64,000 nt of DNA from Octopus sinensis (GCF_006345805.1 NC_043016.1:4712001-4776000), one strand, 5' to 3'. Counted from the stretch's first letter, positions 15,425 to 28,364 are shown. Made by a program: numbers and translations. Notes: generated from the letters alone by a model not told the origin.

Positions 15425-16105
15425 TTAATTGTTTGTCGTAGACCCGTTAAGAAGTGGCTTGTATTTTGTAATAAAGAGATTTTCTTTACTTATTCGTTGT
15501 CTCGAGGTTGTATCGTCCCTAAATTGGTAGAGGGGGAAAATTCTGAAGTTTGGTGTTTTTTTGTTGGCGCAAGTATCTATGTGTTGGCTAAAAGCTATTT
15601 TTCTGTTTTGGGGAATTTTTATCTGGGATCTGTGCAGGGCCATTCGTTTACGCAAACCATTTTTTGTTTGGCCTATGTACTGCTCTTGACACCCGGAGCA
15701 GGTTAGTGAGTATATTAGGTTCTCCGAAGCACATGTGAAGTTGCTTTTCACTGTAAAACGTTGTCCCTGTTTGAAGGAGAACTCAGAACCCTCGATTAGA
15801 TAGTCGCATATCCCGCAATTGGGTCTTCCACATTTTTTTACTGTCGGCTTCTGTGTTGAAGAGTGAATTCGGGCTTGTGTAAGGAGACTTTTCATGGATC
15901 TAGGCTGTCTTTTGCTTTTTATGATCGTGTGTGTTTGGAGGATTGTGTTCATTCTGTGGTCTTTTTTTAGGAGGGGTATGTTGTGGAGGATGGTGTCGAA
16001 GGCTTCGTTATTGAGAGGGTTGTGTGTGGAGATGTATGGTAAGGCTTTTGGTTGTAAGTTTTTCTTTGATTTGGGATGTCTCAGTTCCTTGATGTTAAGT
16101 TGATG
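15425..16105 (-). CDS. Penelope-like ORF C-terminal fragment (linker, Cys knuckle, GIY-YIG endonuclease), 5'-truncated
   Basis: The frame is open from 16105 to the stop at 15425, extending the track ORF upstream: ..ALPYISTHNPLNNEAF..IIKSKRQPRSMKSLLTQA..KCGRPNCGIC..LIYSLTCSGCQEQYIGQT..RKRMALHRSQI..KENLFITKYKPLLN. No RT core is present. Confidence 0.88.
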   Translation of the reverse strand, partial: HQLNIKELRHPKSKKNLQPKALPYISTHNPLNNEAFDTILHNIPLLKKDHRMNTILQTHTIIKSKRQPRSMKSLLTQARIHSSTQKPTVKKCGRPNCGICDYLIEGSEFSFKQGQRFTVKSNFTCASENLIYSLTCSGCQEQYIGQTKNGLRKRMALHRSQIKIPQNRKIAFSQHIDTCANKKTPNFRIFPLYQFRDDTTSRQRISKENLFITKYKPLLNGSTTNN

Positions 16106-16700
16106 TCTGTTTTTTTCTTCTTCTTCTTCCTCTTCTTCTTCATCATCATCGTTATTATCATCATCGGCATCATCATCATCGCCACCATCATCACCACCAT
16201 CTTCTCCTTCTCCTCCTTCTTCTTCTTCTTCTTCTTCATCATCATCGTTATCATCATCATCGTCGTCATAATCATCACCACCATCACCATCATCGTCATC
16301 TTCTCCTTCTCCTTCTCCTTCTTCTTCTTCTTCTTCTTCTTCTTCTTCTTCTCCACCCCCTACCCCTTAAGTTTGTCACTAATGTTTTTTAGTATAACAC
16401 CTACGCTAATTCTATAAACAAGCCTGTCAATATAAATATTCTCCTGAATTGAACTGAGACTGCCAGCCGCCACTGACCATTCAAAATATGACCATCAGGG
16501 CACTCCCAGATTCTCCCACCCCCCTTTCCTCACCAGCCTTCCCTCTACTACCCTACCAAGAACTCACAACTACCTGGAACACACAAGTGCAAACAAGGGA
16601 GTCAGAGAAAGGCAGAATGCCACTTAAATCTGAACACTACTATAGAAATATTCTTTTAAAAAAACTTTTCTTCTAATTTTTCTAAATTTAATTATTTAAT

Positions 16701-16748
16701 CGTTACAGTTGAAAAGGTCTCAAAATGACCGAAACCGGTACTGAAATG
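16701..16748 (+). ncRNA. Minimal type I hammerhead ribozyme (U3:A8 variant) in the inverted arm
   Basis: cgttacag-UUGAAAA-ggtc(tcaaaat)gacc-GAAA-c(cg)g-UA^-ctgaaatg: stem I cag/ctg plus extension, 4-bp stem II, palindromic ACCGGU stem III and a GUA cleavage triplet. Confidence 0.75.
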
Positions 16749-16830
16749 TTCACTATAAAATTATTTTAGCATTTTCTATTTTTTACTTGTTTTTTCATAT
16801 ATATCAACTCGTGTGTTCCTTTTCACCCTT

Positions 16831-16872
<42 letters not shown>

Positions 16873-17788
16873 TAGCAGTATAACCCAGCTTTGCCCAGGA
16901 TTAAGTTAGGATTATTAAGGTAATCAAGTTATTTATTTCAAACCAAACTAAGTAACATCAACGTCAAATTTGGGTGAAATCCGTTGAAATTGATTTATAT
17001 ATATATATATATGGGCAACACACATACACATCCTGCCTTTTATATATCAGATATATAGAACGATGTTTGAACCTTTTTTTAACTTTCTGTTTTTTCTTTT
17101 CTCTTATTCCTTTATGTTGAAGAGCATACGCTTGAAATGTAAAAGAGTTTCTCACTTTCCTGAGCGTCAAACTAATATACCTGCTTGTTGTTCATATACC
17201 TGTCTTCATCTTTTGTTTTTCTGTAAGATTCAACAATATATATATATATATATATATAGCTTATATGACTGTACTTAATACCATAGATTTATAATGAATC
17301 TTTTTTTGGTTCAGTCAGCCTGTTGGTCGTCTGAGTTTCACCCCTGAGTGCATAGGATCCTCAGGCAAATTATGACTTCCCTTTTCATAACATTCACAAG
17401 ATCCTCCCCTGCACCTAATCATTTTCTCATCTTCCTAGTACCCAAAGATGGTACTATTCAGCAGCTATAATCATAAGAAAGCAGAATGTATACATTCTCA
17501 CCTCCTTTTGTACTATCCTGTCTCCCTTGAACCACTACCTTTTAAAATCAATCCCTCATTTTATATACCACCTCTTCCCACTTTAATTTCCATCAATCCC
17601 TCATTTCTGTGCTTCCTTATTACTGGTATTACCTAATCTATAGCAACTCTCTTATCGGCTATCAACCTCATCAAATGGCATATTTGCCTTTGCCAGTTAC
17701 CTCCAAACTCTGTCCTCAACCCCTACATGTCTCTGACATCCATCCCTGTCCCTGTACATCTCTCTTTCTCCCCTCACTCTACCTCTCC

Positions 17789-18014
17789 CGAGCTGGCAGA
17801 GACGTTAGCACGCTGGGCGAAGTGCTTCGCGGTATTTCGCCTGTTGCTATGTTCTGAGTTCAAATTCCGCCGAGGTCAACTCTGCCTTTCATCCTTTTGG
17901 GGTTGATAAATTAAGTACCAGTTACGCACTGGGGTCGATGTAATCGACTTAATTCGTTTGTCTGTCCTTGTTTGTCCCCTCTGTGTTTATCTCCTTGTGG
18001 GTAATAAAGAAACA
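17789..18014 (+). mobile_element. SINE family A copy
   Basis: cgagctggcagagacgttagcacg..gagttcaaattccgccgaggtc..ctttcatccttttggggttgataaattaagtacc. Confidence 0.85.
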
Positions 18015-19389
18015 TATATATTTTCTTATCAACTATGTTTGTTATACTGCTGCTAAACTTTGGTTTCTGTGCTGCTATTCATCACTTCATTCTTTTTGGG
18101 CCACTCCCATTCTTTCACCTATCCCCTAATTTACCTTCAGTCACATCTCCACACTAGTATCATTCCCTACATTAAACTCTACCTCCATCACGAACCATTT
18201 GTCACTCTCCTCCCACACTCTAATGAACTCATCCACTCACCCTTCCCAAAACCCATGTCAATATTCCCTCTTATACTCACCTTCTTGTATCTTGAGTGTA
18301 CACTCTGACACCTCATCACCACTATTATTGTATTCTTTTGAGCTTCTTCCTACTGAGCCTTATATCATGCAAGGCAGCCATGTATCACCTCCTCTACAGC
18401 AAGACACTTGTGTCTGTCCCTTTATCATACTTTAGCCTCACTTTACCTGGCATAAAGACACCTTGCACTCTGTTACAACCACATTCAATCAAGAGTCATG
18501 TGAGTTACTTGGTGACCTCACTAGTGCTGGTGCCATGAAAAGCACCCAGTGAAATTTGTAGTGTGCTTGGCGTTATAAAGGACATCCAACCTTAGAAACC
18601 ATGCCAGGATATACATTGGTGCTTGACACAATTCTCTGGCTTTTTGGATCCTGTTAAACTGGCCAATTCCTGCAAGCATGGAAGATGGCTGTTCAATGAG
18701 GATAATCACTATGACAATGACGACAATGATGATGTGAAATTCATTGCTGACATAGGAGGGCTTACGTCATGTTTTGAGGCAATTATAAAATCATAATTTC
18801 TGAGATAGGCACGGAGACAATTATTGTTGTTTAAGGTGCAGAGTCTATAAATATAGTATCTACCTTATTATAATACACTATACTATAGAATAGTAGAACA
18901 GGCCACTATAGTATAGCACTTGTCTAATGTAGTATATGTCTGCGGCATAATACCATCCTTGTAGCATTGACAATCACTGTGAGATTTGAATACCAAATGC
19001 CAAATAAACTGCCAAACTAAACATTGTATAGTTCAGATTAGAAACATTTCATCTTGGCTGTCTTGTTCTGACTAAACACACTGCACTACCTTAAGTAAAC
19101 GTTAGAAGTTGCAAAGAAGATTTATTTTGCCACTAACGTTCTGTAACTGGATGTTAGATTTAAACTCATGGCTAAAGTATGCTGAAAAATAACTTTTCCA
19201 ATTAATACCAAATTAGACACCTGATTAATTAAATAATTAAATAAGTATTTTTTTTCCAGAAGTACATCTAATTTTCCAGACAAAACAAAAATGGGAAGTG
19301 CATAAGATTCATTATATTTCTTGGGTTAATGAGTAAGTGCTGTGATTAGGAGGAGGAAGCTGTAGATAAACAACTTTATTCCCCAGCTT

Positions 19390-19768
19390 TACTCTTTTTA
19401 CTCTCTTTTACTTGTTTCAGTCATTTTGACTGTGGCCATGATGGAGCACCACCTTTAGTCAAGCAAAACGACCCCAAGTCTTATTCTTTGTAAGCCTAGT
19501 ACTTATTCTATTGGTCTCTTTTGCCGAACCGCTAAGTTACAGGGATGTTGGGGGTACAAACACAGACACGCAAACATACACACACACACACACATATATA
19601 TACATATATACGACGGACTTCTTTCAGTTTCCGTCTACCAAATCCACTCACAAGGCATTGGTTGGCCCGAGGCTATAGTAGAGACACTTGGCCAAGATGC
19701 CACGCAGTGGGACTGAACCCGGAACCATGTGGTTGGTAAGCAAGCTACTTACCACACAGCCACCACTC
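19390..19768 (-). mobile_element. SINE family B, near full length
   Basis: Same sequence family as 24886-25286 and 28365-28787; the tRNA-like head is at the right end. Confidence 0.85.
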
Positions 19769-19895
19769 TTTCTTAATCCACTCAGACCTATGACAAAATA
19801 CATTCTAACACCATCCCCAGTGAGGAAACAGATTTCCCATCTACTTTTTGTACATCTCAGTCGGCATTACTCTGTGTGCACTCACTGTATTTTAA

Positions 19896-20449
19896 CCCTT
19901 TCGCTACCATATTCCTGTAGAGATGCTCTGTGTTTCTTTCAGCCAGTGCCGCCTCGACTGGCTTCCGTGTCGGTGGCACATAAAAGGCACCATCCGAATT
20001 GTGGCCGAAGCCAGTGCCGCCTCGAATGGCTTCTGTGCAGGTGGCACGTAAAATGCACCAATCCGACCGTGGCCGATGCCAGCCTCGCCTGGCACCAGTG
20101 CAGGTGGCACGTAAAAAGCACCCACTACACTCATGGAGTGGTTGGCGTTAGGAAGGGCATCCAGCCGTAGAAACATTGCCAGATCAGACTGGGCCTGGTG
20201 CAGCCTTCTGGCTTCCCAGATCCCCGGTCGAACCGTCCAACCCACACTAGCATGGAGAACGGACGTTAAACGATGATGATGATGATGATAACAAAGAATT
20301 TAGTGAAATAACATAGTTATCAGTAAGCTAGTGTTAGGAACATAAATTGTGACTAAGGTTTGGTGGAAGATTTTAATTCAAAACTTATGAAAACAAAACA
20401 TTTGTACTCAGAGCCTGAGCTGGTTTTAGCTGGGTTGGTAACGAAAGGG
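19896..20449. mobile_element. piggyBac-type MITE (TTAA TSD) carrying a nested family D insertion (about 19940-20290)
   Basis: TTAA at 19892-19895 and 20450-20453; 13-bp TIR ccctttcgctacc / ggtaacgaaaggg. An uninterrupted relative lies at 38628-38848. Confidence 0.8.
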
Positions 20450-20869
20450 TTAAAATAGTAGAGTGTAATTCAAGACAAATTTCACTTCTTTTCTAGCATG
20501 TTCAGAGATCACACAGATGTTCACTAATACATACATGTATATGCACGAGTATATATATATATACATGGCAGGCCAAAAGTCACATGCAAAATAAGTTCAA
20601 TTGTCAACGATATACTTCAATTTTTTTAAATTGAATAAAATAAAAAAATAATGATAGATACACAGGTACTTGTAATGATGATGATGATGATGGTAACTCC
20701 TGTCAATTTTGACATATGAGTGTTTAAAGAGAGAGGGGGAGGGAGGGAGAGAGGGGAGGGAGAGGAGAGAGAGAGAGAGAGAAAATTACTTTTAAAAATA
20801 AAAGAGCAAAGAAGCTACATTTATTTGCAATGGATACGTGAAAGTAATTTGAGTCTAGATATGAATTTT

Positions 20870-21700
20870 GCTATGAAGTTGCAATGGAGGCAGTGATGAT
20901 TTTGATTTTGCCAGGCATTGGGCAAGTGTGATTGCAATATATAATTCTTTTATTGCTATGTTCCTTCAACTCAAATTGTTTGGATGTATCGTGACACATT
21001 TTACGCCATGCAGATTGATCCAGGCAATGACTTTCCCGATGTTGAGTTAAGCTGTAACGGTTTTAGTGATTGTTTCAACTTATCTTTAAATGTAACGAAG
21101 GGGATCTTCCTTTGCTCTGATATCATATCACTTGTTGGCCATACTGAAGAATTTTTGGAATGTGGTCATCTTTCATTTGAACAACATTTCCTACCCATCT
21201 ACACTGAATTCTCAGCAACATGCTTTGGGTACTGGAAATATCACATGTTTTTAAGATTTTTGGCATTTGATATCTTATCTTGCCATTTTATGTTGCAGAT
21301 ATTGCATAGACAGTGCATGCGAAAGGTTTCAAGTTACTTTATATGCCTACAGTAGGGAGTCCATGCTTCTACCTCGTATAAAAGTGTGCTCAAAATATAA
21401 GATTTGTATATATTTATTTTAGTTTACAGACTGACTCTGTGTTCATCCCACAAATAGTGGGAAAGATTTCTCAAGGCATTTATAGCCTTGAATATTCTTA
21501 CATTGATTTTGTCATCAAGAGAACTCGTAAAGTTTACTGTACTTCCAATATATTAAATGATGTGACCCTTTTGAATGGCTTGTTGTCTATCATCATGTCT
21601 GAATTTTGAGTATGTCCAGTCTTTGGTTGGAATAAAACTTCCTGTGTGAGAGGAAAAATTTTTGGTGGGCAAAAAAAGCCCAAGAATTGGAACGAGCTGC
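20870..21700 (-). pseudogene. Decayed RTE-clade LINE, RT C-terminal region
   Basis: YIGSTVNFTSSLDDKINVRIFKA..TKINIYKSYILSTLLYEVEAWTPY..ICNIKWQDKISN..RWVGNVVQMKDDHIPK..DKLKQSLK..DQSAWRKMC, with stops and frameshifts. Confidence 0.8.
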
Positions 21701-21844
21701 TAACTCTCACAACTTGAGAATATGATTATCTGAAAGATGTATTTTGTCCAAAAAAAAAAAAAGTATGGTACAGAAACTATGCTTTCTGATAATGGAACAA
21801 CAATAATAACAACAGCAACAACAACAATAATAATAATCTTTTCT

Positions 21845-22050
21845 ACAATAGACACAAGGTCTGAAATTCGGAGGAGGGGGATAGCCGATTACATCAACCC
21901 CAGTGTTTCACTGGTACTTAATTTATTGACTCCCCAAAATATGAAAAATAATGTCTACCGTGATGGAATTTGAACTCAGAATGTAAAGACAGACAAAATA
22001 CTGCTAAGCATTTTGCCTGTTTGGCTAATGATTCTGCCAACTCACCGCCA
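21845..22050 (-). mobile_element. SINE family A copy followed by (AAT)n (22050-22200)
   Basis: gaatttgaactcagaatgtaaagacagac..gattctgccaactcaccgcc. Confidence 0.75.
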
Positions 22051-22120
22051 ATAATAATAATAATAATAATAAATAATAATAATAATAATAATAATAATAT
22101 AATAATATAATAATAGTAAT

Positions 22121-22178
<58 letters not shown>

Positions 22179-22535
22179 GTAATTATAATAATAATAATGT
22201 AACACAAATATAATGTTAAATATTTTGGTATATGACTATACCTTTCATCCTCTGACACAAGTTCCCCTCCTCATATACCCCCGCCCCTCTCATAATTCCT
22301 TGTCTCACTAGTTGTTTGGCCACTCTGCCAGTGCAAGTGCCATGTTAAAAGAATCTGGTCCACAGTGTAAAGTGGTTAGCATTTGGAATAGCATCCAGCT
22401 GTACAGAGTTTTACGTTACCCATTCATCTAACAGTTGTGACCAAAAATCTTTCTTGATCACAAGCGCCTGATGAATGGGAATGTGAACCTATGAGTAACA
22501 GTTTTTACTGATGTTTTTGCAGTTCTAATGAAAAA

Positions 22536-22572
<37 letters not shown>

Positions 22573-22669
22573 CATGCAGAGAGAGAGGGGGAGAGAGAGA
22601 GAGACAGAGAATATGATAGATAATGTATGTACATATATGCATACACATAAATACATACGTACACACGTA

Positions 22670-22710
<41 letters not shown>

Positions 22711-22859
22711 CTGAAACCACTAAATGGTCACTCAAAATTCCCTCAAATCCCACGCTGCCATCTTAAAAAAAGAACTCATTGAATAATATATAATAATATA
22801 AATAATATATAAATATATGCATATATACATACATATATATGTATATATATACATGCATA

Positions 22860-23175
22860 TATGGGTACAGGACATTAAAAAAACGTTGAGCACAATGGGA
22901 AATGAAAACATAAAAACAAAAACATAGAAAACGAACTTTTTTCGAACAACGAAAACAAAACAGAGAAACGAGACATGCAACATAAAGAATATTCCCCTTC
23001 ATCAGTTGTCCCTCTTTCATCTACTCCGCGTTTTCGAAGGCAAGGACAATACGTGACTTCGTTGAAACAGTCCTTCCCGCAAAGTAAATTAAATAAAATT
23101 TGGGATTTTTCGCGGAGGGTGAAAGCGGTAACAAAAACAGGACAGTGAGAACAAAACAGTAAAAACAAACGGTGA
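22860..23175. repeat. Unclassified dispersed repeat; partial second copy at 23600-23710
   Basis: Both copies share atgggtacaggacat..acacaatgggaaa..caacataaagaata.tccccttc.tcagttgtccct. Confidence 0.6.
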
Positions 23176-23707
23176 GGGTTGTTAAGCCAAGACGAAGGAA
23201 AAATTATTATGAACGCTAGGAAGACAAACTTATGAAGGAGACAGTATAAGCATGTTTTTTTCTTTTCGAAGGTTGTGGGCAGACAAATTATTTTTCATCA
23301 CGTGTCAGCGATGTGAGAGTGAAGGAGGAAGAGTGAGAGAGAGGGAACAGTGAAGAGGAGAAAGGAATAGGAAAGGGTGGGAGAGAAAAGCAGAAAGGAT
23401 GAAGAACAAGAGAGAGAGAGGGATAGACAGAGAAGTGATAGTAGAGATAGAAGAGTGCGCATCGTAATTATAAGGATAAAACTAATTGGAAAAGGATGCG
23501 TGGCGTTCGATCATATAATAATATAAATAATACATAAATGTATGCATATGTATATATATATGTACACAGACACACACACATATATATACATATATACATA
23601 TATGGGTACAGGACATCAAAATAACATTAAACACAATGGGAAACGAAAAAAAAAACAAAGAAAAGAGACATACAACATAAAGAATAATCCCCTTCTTCAG
23701 TTGTCCC

Positions 23708-23738
<31 letters not shown>

Positions 23739-23744
23739 TATATA

Positions 23745-23801
<57 letters not shown>

Positions 23802-24299
23802 GTATGTATAATCATCATCATCATTATTGTAGATTTGATTGATCAAACTGATCTAGGGTTTAAGAAGATATGAAGGAAGGAAACATTGATTAACATATTC
23901 CAAGTCGTAGATGGAACCCTTTGAACATAGTTCTATACGGGATATGTAATGACCTAGAGCCGAACAACATGCATAATAATCCTTTCTACTATAGGCACAA
24001 CATCAGAAATTAGTGGGAAGCCACAGTCAGTTATATCAACCCCGGTACACAACTAATACTTATCTTATTCCCCTTGGAGGAATTTGAACTCAGAATGTAA
24101 AGACGGACAAAATGCTGTTAAACATTTTGGCCAGCACAGTAAATAGTGACATTTTAGAGCTTTATTTCAAAAACACAAAGAAGTTCTTTGGCAGCTGTTG
24201 AAAATAAACTTTTTAGTTAAATTGCTTCAACTTTATTAAATATATAATTCATTTCATGTATGTATATATATATATATATAACCTGCCTGAAAATAATTT

Positions 24300-24600
24300 C
24301 TGATGGATTACACAGTGGATTTTAATAAAGCTTCATAGGAGAGTCACCAAATGAGAACTGAAATATTTTTCTTATTCTCAAGAGAAATCTCATTTTTTTG
24401 TTGGATAGGGGTCTATGATGCCAAAACCATCCCATGTGTGTCTAGATGCAAAAACTATCCCATGTGTAGGAGCAGTAATCCATTGTAGACTTAACATGAG
24501 TTCTACAAAGAATTGCATTTGATGGGAGTTGGCTTTGAAGACCATCTGTTTTTGAGATATGGTTCCAAATATTTGCAATAGAACCACTCCAAATGTGGAA
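24300..24600 (-). pseudogene. Possible CR1/Jockey-type RT C-terminal remnant
   Basis: One frame reads AILCRTHVKSTMDYCSYTWD, resembling LxLYKxxVRPxMEYCSxxW. The match is short and degenerate. Confidence 0.4.
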
Positions 24601-24885
24601 GTAGTACTCTACTGTGACTCTTGCTTACAGTAGTGTTTTCTGACTTTGAAGTGAATGGCTAATCTTTTAGATAATGTTTAGGGTGTTATGCAGCAGAGGT
24701 TACCATGAGTGATTATCAGAGAGTGAGGAGTCAAACATCTGTATTGATTTTGAGGATCTTAATTTTTTGTTATTCATTGATTAATGAGGCTGTGGGGCAT
24801 GAAACTTTCTTATTTAACTTTGATTAATAAATACATTTACAGAAATGTATTGATTTGATAAATCATTATTATATTTGAGTATATG

Positions 24886-25286
24886 TACTCTTTTACTCTC
24901 TTTTACTTGTTTCAGTCATTTGACTGCGGCCATGCTGGAGCACTGCCTTTAATCGAGCAACTCGACCCCGGGACTTATTCTTTGTAAGCCCAGTACTTAT
25001 TCTATTGGTCTCTTTTGCCGAACCGCTATGTTACGGGGACATAAACACACCAGCATCGGTTGTCAAACGATGCTAGGGGGACAAATACAGACACACAAAC
25101 ATATATATATATACATATACACGACGGGCTTCTTTCAGTTTCCATCTACCAAATCCACTCACAAGGCTTTGGTCGGCCCGAGGCTATAGTAGAAGACACT
25201 TGCCCAAGGTGCCATGCAGTGGGACTGAACCTGGAACCATGTGGTTGGTAAGCAAGCTACTTACCACACAGCCACTCCTGTGCCTA
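24886..25286 (-). mobile_element. SINE family B, full length
   Basis: Near-identical to 28365-28787. Confidence 0.88.
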
Positions 25287-25399
25287 TGTGTATATTTTCC
25301 CTCGATATTTATCTTTCAAAAACAAACATCCGTCCAGCATAAATGGGATGTCAACCAGTTGTGAAATATCAGACATTCCTGAACGAACAGAATCATCTA

Positions 25400-25625
25400 T
25401 TTCTTTACTACCCACAAGGGGCTAAACACAGAGAGGACAAACAAGGACAGACAAACGGATTAAGTCGATTATACCGACCCCAGTGCGTAACTGGTACTTA
25501 TTTTATCGACCCCGAAAGGATGAAAGGCATAGTCGACCTCGGTGGGATTTGAACTCAGAACGTAACGGCAGACAAAATACGGCTATGCATTTAGACCGGC
25601 TTGCTAATGTTTCTGCCAGATCGCC
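25400..25625 (-). mobile_element. SINE family A copy
   Basis: Matches 2352-2582. Confidence 0.85.
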
Positions 25626-26195
25626 ATCGGGCATGTTTTAACTTTTCTTGGAGCAATAAAATATTTTTCTATCTGTATTGCTTTGAGAAAATTTTTCACA
25701 CAGGCATGGTTTGCCCTTTTTGTATTTGTCCCTTTTTCATGCTTATGCACTGGATATGTGAGCAGCTGTTGTTGGCATACTCCATCACTTCTTGTAGCTT
25801 AATCAGAATGATTTCTTGCTTTTCTTTGGCCTTTCAGCTTATCTTTCTCTATATGGAAGTCACTGATTGAGTCTTACCACACTTGCAAAAGATCCTGTTT
25901 TTGCAGCTGCTCAGCTGTATTCGTTGCTGTCATTGCTGCTGCTGCTGCTTTTGTGACAACCTTCAGTGATGACACAACTGGTCACTGTAGGCAAAGAAGC
26001 AGTAGTTGTCTCCCCTTGCGACAAAAACATAGCTGAAGTTGTGCTGCTGATTACGTTGCTTTTGTTGGCCTCTTCTTTGATATATCTTTAATGTCTGATG
26101 TCTTTTTACTGGAAGTGGTGATGCCGGTGCAGATGGTGATACTTGTGAGTGTAGCAGTCTGCAGCACAAGTTAAGGCAAATGTGATGCTGGTGTT

Positions 26196-26375
26196 TCCGC
26201 TGCTGCGTTCTGAGTTCAAATTCCGCCGAGGTCGACTTTGCCTTTCATCCTTTCGGGGTCGATAAATAAAGTACCAGTTATGTACTGGAGTTGATATAAT
26301 CGACTTAGTCCGTCCGTCTGTCTGTCCTTGTTTGTCTCCTCTGTGTTCAGCCCCTTGTGGGTAGTAAAGAAATAG
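26196..26375 (+). mobile_element. SINE family A, 5'-truncated
   Basis: gttctgagttcaaattccgccgaggtcgactttgcctttcatcctttcggggtcgataaa. Confidence 0.85.
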
Positions 26376-26989
26376 GTGTTGTTAATTTTGCTTTCGGCTT
26401 TTAGTTTTACATATTTCTACCTTTCATCATTGTTGTTGTTTTTATTATTGCTTTGTTGCAGTTCTTGTCACTGTTTCCTCATGACTGGGAAAGCAGAGGA
26501 ATCTTTTTTTTTTCGGTGAGAGTTGTAAAACAGTTGTTTTTATTTTTGTTGCTTTTTTAATATAGTTGTTTTTGATGTTCTCATTGCTGTTACTGTTTTT
26601 CATGTTGTTGTTGTTGGTGGTGGCGGAAGTGATGGTGTTGTTATTTATGACTGTGTGTTGTAGTGGGGATGTTGTTGTTACATTTCTCCAAAAAATCTTT
26701 GAATAAAACCACTTCAGTAAGCAAGATTTTTAAAAGGCAAGCGACCACCTCAACGTTCCTTTTAAGACAGCTGTCATGGTTACCTCCTGCCCCTCCATCT
26801 CCATCAAATGTCAAACCCTTTTAGTAGTTTTAATAAAATGTTTGTCTGCTAACTGCAGATGACGAGCTGACGAAGGAAAATAGATTTCTTTTCTAAGAGA
26901 GGAGGTAATGTGAATTTGCAAACCCACTTTCTCTGGAGAATGTCTTAAACAGTATTAACAAATAAGATACGGAATTTTTGTCAGTGAAA

Positions 26990-28010
26990 TACATGAAAAT
27001 GGGAATAACTTACAGAACATTGATGATTACATTTACAGCAGCTTAGATGTGAAGCAAATGACTGGATATTAAAGATTCTTCTAAAACATGAAGATACCAA
27101 AAAGTTACACTCTGTGATGGAAAAACATATACCTTCAAAAAATGCAGCTAGAAGAACCTGTTCCCAAAGAAAATGTGACCCTAACTGACTAGGCAAAAGA
27201 ACTAATGAATATAACCAAAGAAACAAGCCTTTAATATATTGAGAAGAAATGGGAGTAAAAATCACTGCATGGAAAATACCCATTTAAAGTCAGGAACTCT
27301 AATGTAGATCAGAGCCCTAATTATTCTGGTGCTGCCAGGAATTTGGTCTGACAGGCCCTGAAGTTGATGAGTACATTATTGCTGCTCAAGACCAATGCTT
27401 TCCTACTAGAACTTTCCAGTGTATTGTTCTGAAGACTGAAAGTAGTCCATTGTGCCATGTATAAGGAGAACATCAAGAGACAACTGATCACATAATCTCT
27501 AGATGCATCTGATTGGCACCAACCTGTGCAGACATGACAAGATGACTCAATACATGCAATGGTTAATATGCTGCACATGTCACTTCCCTCACAAAAATAA
27601 TTGGTGGGAACATAAACCACCCCAAGTTTTGCAGTATACTGACATTAACATCCCTTAGGATTTCAGTGTTTGGACTGATCGGGAAATACAAGCTAACCCT
27701 ACCAGATATCATGGGAAAAATTATGTTATCCTTTGATCAATGTTGCTGCTTCAACTGAGAAAATCATATCTGTGAAAGCATTTGATACACTGAACAAATA
27801 TAAGGCCTTGGAGACAGCAAACAGAAAAATGCAGTATCTCAAACCAAGAACATTACCTATTTTTATTGGAGTTTTTGGGATGATATCAAAATGAGCAAAC
27901 GAATATGCAGACCAAATTCCTGGCAGCACCAGTTTAAGTGAATTCTTATGGGTTCCTCACATCTTTTACATAAACTTCTCTCCATGTGAATGCAGTCTTA
28001 TTAATTCAGT
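26990..28010 (+). pseudogene. Decayed R4/Dong-like LINE 3' part (post-RT, CCHC finger, restriction-like endonuclease)
   Basis: SLHGKYP..VDEYIIAAQDQ..PLCHV*GEHQETTDHIIS..RHD..WWEHKP..TDREIQAN.PDI..NKYKALE..LPIFIGVFGMI. Confidence 0.75.
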
Positions 28011-28364
28011 CTTATTTTTCTTATACATAGACATCAGTCTTCACAAGTAGAGTCACATAGGGGTCTATATCTACTCTAGCTAATTCAACACAGTCTTCTA
28101 TTAAGTCTCTTCTGCCTTCCTTTCTAGGTATGTTAGTAAGGTATCAGTGTTACTTTTGTTTAAATATATATTTAGGGGATGCTCAAAACTGAGCTCCAAA
28201 AGAAAAATGCTTTGACAAAGTAGCAGGGCAAATACACTGGGAGCTGTGCTGAAAGTATGAGCTAGGATGTTCCAACATGTGGGATGTTCCAACATATGAG
28301 ATGGGCACCAATCTTAGCCAGTAGGAGAGAATGAAACTCATACAGGTGAAACTCATGCCGGATA

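Larger units (their letters stand above)
14597..16797 (-). mobile_element. 5'-truncated Penelope-like element with inverted pseudo-LTR arms
   Basis: Arms 14597-15285 and 16106-16797 are near-perfect reverse complements. The 820-bp spacer encodes the PLE linker plus GIY-YIG on the minus strand. There is a hammerhead motif in each arm. Confidence 0.9.

Noticed and set aside
22985-23060. Half-hammerhead on the minus strand (GUA-uugucc..ggacaa-CUGAUGA)
   Set aside because: There is no GAAA, stem II or stem III in a workable position on either side, and the second copy (23690-23710) adds none.
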